A stretch of 61,488 nucleotides of DNA, filler included, from Basidiobolus meristosporus CBS 931.73 (taxonomy: Eukaryota; Fungi; Basidiobolomycota), in assembly GCA_002104905.1 (NCBI GenBank). It is 3 parts of 3 records of this genome, joined end to end, with 100 filler letters (N's around TTAATTAATTAA, not from the genome) between each part and the next. Parts side by side here need not be neighbours in the genome. Positions count along the whole stretch, not along the records: positions 1 to 30,155 come from MCFE01000854.1; 2 more parts are not named here. One strand, 5' to 3'. The position numbers were made by a program, and so were the translations under genes. Below, one piece after another: positions 1-10,135 of this stretch. How positions within the stretch are numbered: the stretch's first letter is position 1; the number at the start of each line of letters is the position of its first letter. The notes below the pieces were generated by a model. The model was not told where the DNA came from. It saw only the letters and a list, made by a program, of their open reading frames with translations, and did no database searches.

Positions 1-3000
1 CAGAGAGATAGCTCTGACAAAGAAGGCTCACTAATGGATTCTGAGCCAATCTCCCCTAAGAACAGTACCACATATGAGCCCAGTCAAATCCCTATATGCA
101 ATGAGACAATACCCATTGAAACAAGTGCCAAGGATACTTTATGGAGCCAAGTGAGCCCAGTAATCCATCTACTGGTGATTGATGTAATGTTGTGGTTAGA
201 GAAATGGCATGTTTCCACTAATATCAGTAATGGGGGCTTTGACAGATTATTACTACTTCTTGCCAAATCATACCTGGATGCAACTTACCATGTATGTGGT
301 ACAAGTGGAAAACGTCATGCAGCTGGCAACATATGATCCAGAGACTGACCTTATTCCAGCATGTGTTAACAGTTGCATGGCATTCACATATGAAAATGCT
401 ACCATTGCAATGTGTCCAAATTGTCAGGAATCCACCACCATTGAGGGAAAACATTGTTTACACTCCGGATATATTCCAGTCATACCCCATCTAAGGAAGC
501 TGATGCAGTGCAACATATATTGCAAAGTTATACAATACTGCACTCAGTATCAATCAGGCGCAAACATATCCAATATATTCAATGGCAAACATTACCAACA
601 GTTAAAAAGCAAGGGCTACTTTGACGGTATACATGACCATGCCTTTGCTTTAGCACTTGATGAATTCTCATTAAACAAGTACTCTATTAGCAAATCCTGC
701 TGGCCACTGATTCTTATTAATCTGAATCTGCCACCCATCTTTTGGTGTCAGAACAATAATCTTATGGTAGTCTCACTGGTATCTGGGCCTAAATCAACGT
801 CCAACCTGGATAGCTACTTGTATCCATTACTGGATGAATTTTGTATGCCATCCAGCAGGATAATGGTCAATGGCCATCATGTAAAAGCACATTTTATTAT
901 TTGCTTTGGAGATATTCCAGCCATCAGCAAGATTGCAGGTTTTTCCAGGTGCATTGGATGGTATTGCTGTTGAATGTGTCAGATCCAAGGGATTTACTCT
1001 ATAAATCACACACATTATTATTACCCAAACACCAGCACAAAGAACATCATCTTTCCACAGAGAGAACGTACAGAAGTAAGCATGCAATTGCAGCAAATTT
1101 GGCAAGCTATAAGCCATTGGCTGGAATATGGAACCAATCAGAAACTGGAGATACTTACAACAGAGAGTATCTGTAGGAGCAAAAGCTTTCCACTGGGAGC
1201 AATGCATTTGATTTTCAACAATATCCCTATACTGGTGACCAAGTTGTACATGAGGCATTTCAAGCTAAATGAACCCTTTGAGATACCAGAGAAATTTGAA
1301 AAAATTGGCAAGATATCACAGAGTATGCACCACCCTAAGTACTTCTCATGGTGTGGTGGTGTAGAGGTACTCCTGGGAGATGTTACACAACTCAAGGTGT
1401 GTGAGGTGTCTGATGGGTGCAATAACCTCTGGGTCTAAACTGATGGTGTCTTTGTTAATATGTCACTATGGAAAAGCACCTGCTTCTCTAGCTTCCTAGG
1501 TGCTTCAAGTGTCTCCAAAGGCCTCTGTGTGTCTTGTGCACTACCCTGAAAAGCTCCTTGATGGCAGATCTCAGATGTACTGTTGAAGACATGTGCGGTG
1601 ATCAACTGCTAATCAATAAGGTTGAAGTGTTCCTGATAGAAGGGACGATTTATTGATGAGGGATTGCTTTCCCTTAAATACTTTTCCTGATTGCCAAGTA
1701 ATTACTAACAAAAAGGTTCTAGAAGGTTCTAGGCATCAGTGGAATTCTTGATGACATCACTATGAGCTAAAAATATGCCAAGAATGTCCTGGAAGGTTCT
1801 AAGTGGCACAGCACATCCAACCAATCAGGAATCAGTACTCTGAAACCTGTGCAACATAGAAATACCATATATGGTATTGAAATGGTAGGTATGATAACAC
1901 CGACCTAGGTCATGTGTCACAGGTACTGACGTGGGTACTTGCCTCACATAGATACATATACTGATCACAAAGCTGAGTAAAATCTGGGATAACTAATGCT
2001 AGTAACTAATCAGGGTAAACATCATATGGGGATAATACTGATAATATGGGCAAAAGAAGAATGGGATAATACTGATAAGATAAAATATAGATAGGTATAT
2101 CATAATGACTATATGAATAAACTTGTCTGTGGGAGGTATGTTTACCCTACCACAACAGGCTCAAATCAGTATTCATGCTCATATACAACAATACAAACTC
2201 AAAGACTGGATGAACTGGATATGTATTTATTCAAGTGGTGTTCTGAAGCCATTCCTATCAAGAGTACATTGGAAGCATTGGGAGTCATATGTGGACATTA
2301 TAGAGATATTTATCTAGAAGTGGATCACCAATGCCAACTTGACACATCCACAGCTGTTGTGTGAGGAGTTTGTGATGGGATTAGAGCGGCTCTACTACAA
2401 ACATAGAGCTCAATGCGTAGATCTCTGCCGCTACTGTATCCATTCTTTACTCCATCTTGCATGGTGTGTGGTGAATATTGGGCCTTGCTTCGCCTTTTGG
2501 GAGTTTCCTATGGAGCAGATGTGTGGCAAAATAGGAAGACAAGTCAAGTTGCTGGTACTACCATGTCCCAATCACTTAAAGAATATTCCCTTCAAGTATG
2601 TCATGGATGTGATGAGTTGGCACATGGAGGATAGCCAGAAACAGTTGGAAAATACTGAGGACAAATGTGCACATGGAGACACCTATGCCTATGGCATTAA
2701 GAAGCAAAGCATCCTCAATGCATGGGTAATTAGTTAAGTAATGCAAAGTTGGGTTGGGTGCAACAAGCAGCTAATTTTTATCAGGAAAACTCTACCAAGG
2801 TATGCTGGATTTCTCATGGTCACAAGCCAACTTCTACAACATTCAATACAGAATTCACACAAACAATAGCCAGAGCGCACCTACAAGGGAGACTAGAATC
2901 CAGCAGGGAGAAGGAATGTATTGGCTAAATACCAAGAAGTTCTTTGCAGACATTCAGGAGGTATTCATGGCAGAGGTGGCAACAACCAAGCATATGTTTG

Positions 3001-3015
3001 CAAGATGTATATGCT
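1..3015 (+). pseudogene. CACTA/EnSpm-like (Tnp2/Transposase_21-type) transposase pseudogene, copy 1, interrupted by a solo LTR at 1352-2154
   Basis: ORF 209-973 has CVNSCMAF..CPNC and FALALDEF..SCWPLILINLNLPP..SGPK..NLDSYLYPLLDE. ORF 2339-2737 has EEFV..LERLYY..CIHSLLHL..GPCFAFWEFPMEQMCG. These motifs are typical of CACTA transposases. Several stops and frameshifts; homologous copies occur elsewhere in the window. Confidence 0.85.
1352..2154 (-). repeat. Solo LTR related to LTR-B (diverged, antisense)
   Basis: Begins TGTGGTGGTGTA (reverse complement of the LTR-B end at 44328) and ends ACCCTACCACA. 1590-1950 matches the reverse complement of about 43480-43830. Host transposase is contiguous across it (compare 47090-47180). 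Flanks are ATGG and ACAG. Confidence 0.75.
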
Positions 3016-3135
3016 AGACTTGTTCAATTAGATAGTGCCACATAGTGCCAGCCTGTTTATAGTGCCAGATCAATCTGGCACCATCTGGCACTATAGTTTC
3101 TACCATAATGCCAGTGGTAGGATATAGTTACTGGT

Positions 3136-3468
3136 ATTTTACTCAATCTTACTTATGTTGCTCAGAGTAGTGCTTTCCTTGCTTTATTTACTCTTCATAA
3201 TGCTCCAGACACATTTCTCTCTGTGGATGTCTTCTTGTATGAATATACTGTGCATTGATATGTATCTTAACTATGCTACCTATTCTTCTGTTTTCTCTTG
3301 CAATTTTACTCAATCTTACTTATGTTGCTCAGAGTAGTGCTTTCCTTGCTTTTATTACTCTTCATAGTGCTCCAGACACATTTCTCTTAGTGGATGCATC
3401 TTGTATGAATATACTGTGAATTAGTAAGTATCTTAACTATTTTACCTATTCTGCTGTTTTCTTGTATA
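3136..3468. repeat. Tandem duplication, about 167-bp period, 2 copies
   Basis: ATTTTACTCAATCTTACTTATGTTGCTCAGAGTAGTGC starts at 3136 and again at 3303. Confidence 0.9.
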
Positions 3469-3475
3469 TATGACT

Positions 3476-4238
3476 TTCCTCTGTATTGACCTGCCAATAT
3501 GCTGGATCACCTCAAATATCCAAATGTATGCTCTACCCTCACTCAGAAATGATTAAATATCTCATTGTGGAGCTTCTGCTTCCTGCTAAGCACACCATTC
3601 CTTGGCTTCCTATAAGCTGTAATACATCCTAATATCTGACAATTCTCTCCTATATAACCTAAGTCTGCCATATATTTCTCCCCTCTACTGAATTCTGGAT
3701 GATTCTCTACCCAGAGTGCTGTGTCATGCCTACTTTCAGCAAATGGCCCACCAAACCAGATGATGTTACCCTCAATGTCAGACAGTGCTTGGAACCTCAC
3801 ACAGTGTGCCTTGTACTTGCCAGAATAAAAGTGCCTCTGCCCTCTAGAAGGTCTGTTAATCCTGACTGGGAAGGTATCCAAAATACTCCTTATATGGAAC
3901 CTGTTGCTGAACACTCTGGGATATGGAAGTCTATTGGAGCTTCTGAACCTAGTACTCCAAGCTTGCTCTAAGTCATTCATACCCTCTGCAAGGTGGCTCT
4001 CCTTTGCTGTCAACTGGGAATGAAAGCTTCTAGCACTTTTGTTGCCATGGATGGTGGGATGAAGCCTTGTAGGGCAATAGTTCTTGTAATAGCAGAGTAG
4101 CTTAACAAGGGATCTCCCTGAGTAGATTGAGGTAGATGGACCACAGTACTTAGTATAGATCTCCTCTAGTGTGTCAAAAGGAAATCCATTGGTGGTGATG
4201 GGATTGATGAGAGAAGACCATTCAGATGAGTAGGTCAT
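3476..4238 (-). pseudogene. DDE_Tnp_4-like transposase (IS5/PIF/Harbinger/ISL2EU-like) with premature stops
   Basis: ILDTFP, FYSGKYKAHCVRFQAL, SRHD, MADLGYIG, AYRKPRNG; past the TGA at 3543 the frame continues VRVEHTFGYLR*SSILAGQYRG, which holds the last catalytic Glu motif. Confidence 0.85.
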
Positions 4239-4691
4239 ATTAAAATTGATAGAGGATTGGGCTGAGGTGATTTGACTTGATTTGGTGCAATCAGCTTTAT
4301 TTATTATGATTTTCCATGCATTATAATTAAATATCCATCAATTGCCATGTATCCCATCTTGATGTTGCAAAAATCATCCTCAAACAATGACTGAGTATTT
4401 TTATTGATGTTTTACTTACAAGTCTATAACCAAATACAAAATCTGCAATTGATGTGATCTGATCTGTGTCAATGCAATCCAAGATGCATCATGCATTATA
4501 TATGGAAAATTCACCAGTCACATTGGTTCTCATATATATTTCAAAGAAGACCAGGTTGATGCCAATACACTACTGTATAAGTATCCAAATCCATCACTAT
4601 GGTTCCTATACCAAGTTTCAACTCATCTTTAGTACAACCCTGACAAAACCCATCCCCCAGCTCACAAGTGTGGTCTGGACCGGAAAAGTTG

Positions 4692-5846
4692 ATGTTGGAT
4701 CCATTTGAGTTCTTGCCAAATGATTTCAGTATGGCCCAAGTGTCTATGATTGGCCTTCATATGGATATTTGGGCACTACTCATTAATCTAGCAGAACTAG
4801 ATACCTCAGAGAGTTGACAGAGATGGAAGAACCTGAGTAGAGAGCTCTGGCATGAGTTCTACATCAAGATGCCAGCAGATGAATGTAAGAAGATGTATAA
4901 CAAGACAAGTATTGAAATCAAGAATGAGCTGAGAGTGAGGGGATTTGATCAGGAAGCTGTGCAGGAACAAATTTGCAAGCAATTCTCCCAGTATGGGCCG
5001 GACACATCTGTTTGTGCCTCAACTTGGGGAACCAAAGAAATTTTGAATGAGTTTTTGCCTCAAATGACTAATGTATTACATGATATATTAGTAGAGCCAA
5101 GTGGCTTCTAAGAGCAATATACACAGGACTCATCCAGGCATCAGTTCCAAAGTATTAGACAGAGGGTAAGTGAATACCTTGAGGAATTAGAAGGTGAGCT
5201 TCAAGAGGAAGAATACAGACCGCAAGCAACATTGTCTAGATTGCACCAGCATGCCTTGCTGGATTCCTTACCATCCCCTGCAACTTCAGCACACTGGTGC
5301 ATGTCAGTCCAAACTATGCCAACACCCTGCACAAGAGTGCCCTGCTTTGACTCAACACATATTGGGTCAATGTGTGCGCTTCAGAGCAAGACCACCAGAA
5401 CCTACCAAGCTGCTTAAATAGACACAAGTCCATTGGAGCAGGCCAAGTTACGTCAACAAGCATCATCACATCAATCTCAGCCCAGGGCCATGCCCATGCA
5501 TCAAGTTGCATCTGTGCATGCCATTACACCTGACCATCAGCAAGTTTCTTGTGGTGAACTGACTGATGATGACCCACATGAAGTGCCTCCACCACCAGAG
5601 CCTTTGGCAAGCAAAAGAATATGTCAGCATGTAGCACTCCAGGCCAGCTTGGTTGCTTCATCCAGAGTAATTCAGCACGGCCAAGCTGCAGCATTGCACT
5701 CATCGACTAGGAGGCAAAATACTGACTACAAATACACAAGTAGCCAAGAGGATAGTGAACAAGAAAGTAGTTTAGGTGTGCAAAGTGAATCACTACCAAA
5801 TGCTTCAGTAGTAATCCCTATGAGAAAAAAGCCTAGGAGAGGATGA
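4692..5846 (+). pseudogene. Second ORF of the Harbinger-like element (about 385 codons, 3 in-frame stops); putative Myb/SANT-like N-terminus and basic C-terminus
   Basis: ORFs 4869, 5232 and 5433 share the frame of an ATG at 4692. QRWKNLSRELWHEFYIKMPADECKKMYNK resembles a Myb/trihelix pattern, and the ORF ends RKKPRRG. Homologs at 49783-50922 (+) and 48512-49263 (-). The domain call is by eye. Confidence 0.6.
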
Positions 5847-6593
5847 TGAGATTGCATTGAATTGCTATTACTCATAATGATCCAAACAATGCATTTTTTT
5901 TTGCAATCCCCATCAAGCCATTGCAAATCTGTGATCACTAGATTTTTGATATAAGCAATATGAAAGTCATCTCACATTTGTGACAGGAGCCCTATAAATA
6001 AACACCCTGCATATGTATACATCATCTGTGGCACCAGTGCAGCCATTTGATCTGATTTGCACCCATACAATTGGTCATGTGCTAGCTATGACACCTTGTC
6101 CAATCACTAGGATCAGGGATTTACTTCTTAATAGGCAAAATGGGATATTTGATGGCAAATCAGGTAGCCTGTGTATTGGTCAAAGAGCCAATTGGGGGCT
6201 TACAGCTTCAGGATACTCTTGGACCAATTAACTGCTGAGATACCATCCAATTGGAGTGATGGTGACCAAAATGGTAGGTATCAATGTAGCTTATAGTGTG
6301 ATATGTGTTTATTTCCATTTACATTAAAGAGACATATCCAAATACCAGATTTTACCTACCATAATAGCGGTATCCAATTGCGCACATGATGCAAACATTA
6401 CAAGTGGGTGCAATCATTTGTGTCACATCATTGTGTCAGATTGTGCCATAGTGTGCAAGATTGTCCCACATGGTGCAAAATTGTCTAAGAGCAATCCAGC
6501 CTACTGGTAGCTACAATATTGCACACAACTGTTCTTAGAGACTGCAGATCATGCTGTATGCCCTGGCATGGTACAATGAAACAAGTATGTTAC

Positions 6594-9500
6594 TGATGGT
6601 CCCTTCAAAAGGCCTTGACAAAGTTAAAGTCCCATGGCTAAGAGGTACTGATCTTGTCAGCACACTGTCCAGAGACCGTTGGAAAATAAATGCACCCCAG
6701 ATTTTACAAACAACTTAGTCAAAATTTTTCATCACAACAATGTATAAGTGCTTTTGATTGGTTCCTTGCCAATTAGCTCACTTTCTGATCCCAGACACTC
6801 TAATGCCTCCAATGTTTGTGTGAATTATTGGCTATTGCCTCTTTTTCACACTCCTTACTTCCCAACTCAGCTGTTTCTCTTACTTTTCATGCATATAAAT
6901 TGATTTATTTCCATTGAAACTTCAGTTGTACCTCAATTGCCAATTATATTGACCTATACAAGTCTCTATACACTACCCTAACATTAAGCCCAACCCCACA
7001 CTCAACAAGTAACTCCATTAAAATCCACAACTCAATTAGTATTTTGGCTGTAACACCCTGGTTCCACAACTTTGGCGGGAACCCACCGGCTTTATGCCAC
7101 TTTTCATTCACTGGTTCCCACACATCCTGGTCTCCAGAAGCACTGCAAGGTCTAGCACCTCATCTGCCAGTCTTTGCAATAAATCCTTGCAATATTCAAG
7201 TGCATTTTCTTGCGCACTGCTCTAGAAGTAGTGCTGCAACCTCTTGATGTTCCTATTAATGTTCCAAAACTCCACTAAAGGCACTATTATAGTCTTTCAA
7301 GCTCTTGACATTGTAGCCTTGTCTGTCAGTGGGATCTCCACTCTGTCAACAACAGAGACCATGGTAGACAAATTGCCTCTTTCAGCAAACTCATCTACCT
7401 TGCTGAAGTGTAGCTCAACTGGCTGCAATTCCAACTCTTCTGAAAACAACTGTTTTCTTGCTGGTGATTCTTATTGGCTATGATGGGATTCAGTCTGCTC
7501 TTGGCTAGCAGCTTTAACTGGCAAGAACTGCAGCTTTTTTTGCATGCCTCCCTGTCTCAGGCTTGGGTAGGCATTTTTCTCTTGACCTTTTCCTTTATCA
7601 CTGCCAGGTCTTTCACTGCTACTTTGTCTGAGTGCTTCTTGTAAAGAACCACATTTTCTCCTGGATAAATTCTGCTCTGACGCATCTAATTTGGTCTACT
7701 TGTCCCTTGCTGGCACTCTTCTGGCAACCTGATGTTACTTTTCTGCTTGTTTTGAGCTCTTAGCCATAGTTGTGATGGGCTCCTGTAAAAGCAACTGGTT
7801 TTTATCACTGCCAGGTCCTTCACCGTTACTTTGACTGGGTGCTTCTTGAGTAATACTATACTTTTTCCTTGATGAGTGTTGTGCTGGTGCATCCATGTCT
7901 GCCTGCCTGTCCCTAATTGGTGCTTGTCTAGCTGCCTGACATCTCTTGGATACTTGTCTAGAGCTTTTGGTCCTGTTTGTAACGGGCTCTTGAGGAAGCC
8001 GCTGGTTTTTAGCCATGGCCCACTTGTTGTTCTGCCTATGATAGTTTCTGCTACTCATAAGATACTTTCTGAGCATACCAATGCTGACCCAAAATCTCTT
8101 TGCCTATTTGAATCCAGGATAATACTCATAGTACAAGTCAAGTGCATCCTGCTTGGCCTTGCGTTCCTGATGGTCCCATGGTATGCTGGCCTTAAGGTGA
8201 TGGTATGCTAGACTTCTGACAGCCTCTTGTATATTAGCCCACTCATCATCATTGCACTCAATGGCTTCATGGATCTTCAATGCCTTTTGATTTTTAGGCT
8301 TTGCTATAAGCACCACCTTGTCTCCATCCCATGCTGTAATAGGCTTCTCTGTGGGATATATCTTTGGGCAATGTTGTTGTGCTTCAATGACTGTATGGTG
8401 TTCCTCTGCTGTTACATTGGGAAATTGCTCAACTCTTGGCTGTGACATTGAGCTACTTCAGTTCCTTCTTTGCAGCAAAGACATAGCTTTCTCTACCTGA
8501 GATATTGATTGCTCTACACATAAGATCTGCTCATCCTGTTTCTGGACTATTTCCTGATTTCTCTGGGCCATTGCATCTATCCTATCAGCCACTGCACCTA
8601 GTTGCTTCATTAATGCTTTGGTATGAGCTGACAACATGGCTGCTAGTATGGGTGGTGGTGATGTTACCATGGCCAATTGCTAATCTTGAACTGAGGGTAC
8701 TGCATTTGCTACATTCTCATCTGCCTGAGCATAACTGTCAGCTTGTGGCTCTGCAGAGGTTCTCAATTGCCTACTTGACTAAGAGCCTGAGGAGTCCACA
8801 TTATTACCTTTAAAGGGCACACTGTCCACAGGGCCTTTTTTGGAGGTAGCCCCACTTGTTGCACTGAATGTCAAAGCAAGCTGTTGTCCAACTGTTCTTC
8901 TGTTGCCATCAGCAATGGGGTTTGGTTGGTAACCAGACACATTGCTTTATTTTCTGGTGGCATATATTTGGAAGTCAGTCAAACCAAAGGGGAAATAGTG
9001 TTATATATATGTGTGTATGTAGTACCTCAATTTTATTTATAATGCTTACTATGGTGGGTTATCATTGAATCTTACATTCATGTAGGTGCAATGTCTCAAA
9101 TATAAAACTGTCTTAAGTTCACATGAGTATTGACCAAAAAGTGATATAATAGCATTAAGTTGTGGAAGGTCAAGCTGTTTATCCCATGGACAAGACTACT
9201 TTGACTCCACACTGTAAGAGAACAGAAAAAAAGACCATGTGGCTATTGTGGCAAGCCTCTCAGCCATGAAGCACACAGACAGCATAGAAAGTATTACAAT
9301 GATCATGGCCAGTGTTTTGCCACTCAAGTCATATTAGACATTCATTGGTCACTACTGTACCAATATTTTCTTGCCAGCCAGTTGATGCTTCTAAATTGGC
9401 ACCTGGCCATCTTTGTCACCTTGCGCAAACTGAGTCAGGTGAGTTTGTGACACCTTTAGGCTCACTTCAGCCTTCTGAATATGGCACACAGAGTAATAGA

Positions 9501-9650
9501 TCTGACAAAGAAGGCTCTCTGATGAATTTTGAGCCTATCTCCACTAACAACAGTACCATGTATGAGCCCAGTCAAATCCCTATATGCAATGAGACAACAC
9601 CTATTGAAACAAATGCCAAGGATACTTTATGGAGCCAAGTGAGCCCAGTA
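6594..9650. mobile_element. CACTA-like element copy 2: Y-side end, gene Y (-) and 5' part of the transposase (+)
   Basis: 6594-7030 matches Y-side termini at 31304, 37984 and 54287. 9234 encodes RPCGYCGKPLSHEAHRQHRKYY (CxxC..H..H N-terminus). 9490-9650 matches window positions 1-160. Confidence 0.75.
7030..8960 (-). pseudogene. Gene Y: CACTA-associated protein of unknown function (coiled-coil, W/P-rich domain, low-complexity tail)
   Basis: Collinear ORF pieces 8458-8676, 8104-8448 and 7735-8076 (..EWANIQEAVRSLAYHHLKASIPWDHQE..YPGFK*AKRFWVSIGMLRKYL..). Homologs at about 20750-22250, 38440-38790 and 51913-53849. Confidence 0.65.
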
Positions 9651-10135
9651 CCCAATGAAAAATAATTTGGTTCTGCGGGTGGATCCAATCCAGATCGTCC
9701 GTCATGATCCCATTTAGAGACCGTCAAAATAACAGCAGCTTAAAATTAATGACCCTCCTGACAATCTTATAAGAAGATCATGATGGTGTTTTGTAAATTT
9801 TACAGCCAAATAAAGGGGTAATATTTGACAATTTTTGATTGGTGCTATGACAATATTTGCATGGTATTGTTGCAGTCTTTCAGCACTCTATTACTATTTT
9901 AAGTGGATTCAGTTGGCCAGGACTTCCAATTACCTTATATGGCAAGATACTTGATGGTATTTTGACAGCCTCACAGCAAGACTCTGATGGCATTATATTG
10001 GCAGTATGATGGCCTACCGCTGGTTCTGCATAATGCTACTGTACCAACTTACCAAATGGTATTTCCTCTTTCTACCTCCCCCTTGTGCAACTCATATATT
10101 CCACTGTAGAATCACCCCTCTGTATTAGCTTACCT
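9651..10135 (-). mobile_element. Z-side (transposase 3') terminus of another CACTA-like copy, inserted into copy 2
   Basis: Starts CCCAATGAAAAATAATTTGG immediately after host ..GAGCCCAGTA; homologous to 38793-39270. Confidence 0.7.

Larger units (their letters stand above)
3016..6588. mobile_element. Complete two-gene PIF/Harbinger-supergroup (DDE_Tnp_4-type) DNA transposon, about 3.57 kb
   Basis: Terminal inverted repeats AGACTTGTTCAATT (3016) and AATGAAACAAGTAT (6588). Flanks GCT/GTT; a host paralog near 39440-39460 reads ..GATGTATAT-GTT-AC.., consistent with a 3-bp TSD. Contains a transposase on - and a second ORF on +. Confidence 0.8.

Noticed and set aside
3498-3545. TGA read-through or alternative genetic code
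   Set aside because: The stops align with Arg positions in CpG-decayed elements, and intact ORFs end at normal stops; deamination explains them.
4250-6588. RIP as the cause of C-to-T excess
   Set aside because: Changes visible between copies are mainly at CpG, and near-identical repeats (A1, A2, A5, A6) coexist without dense CpA mutation. This was judged by eye, not computed.
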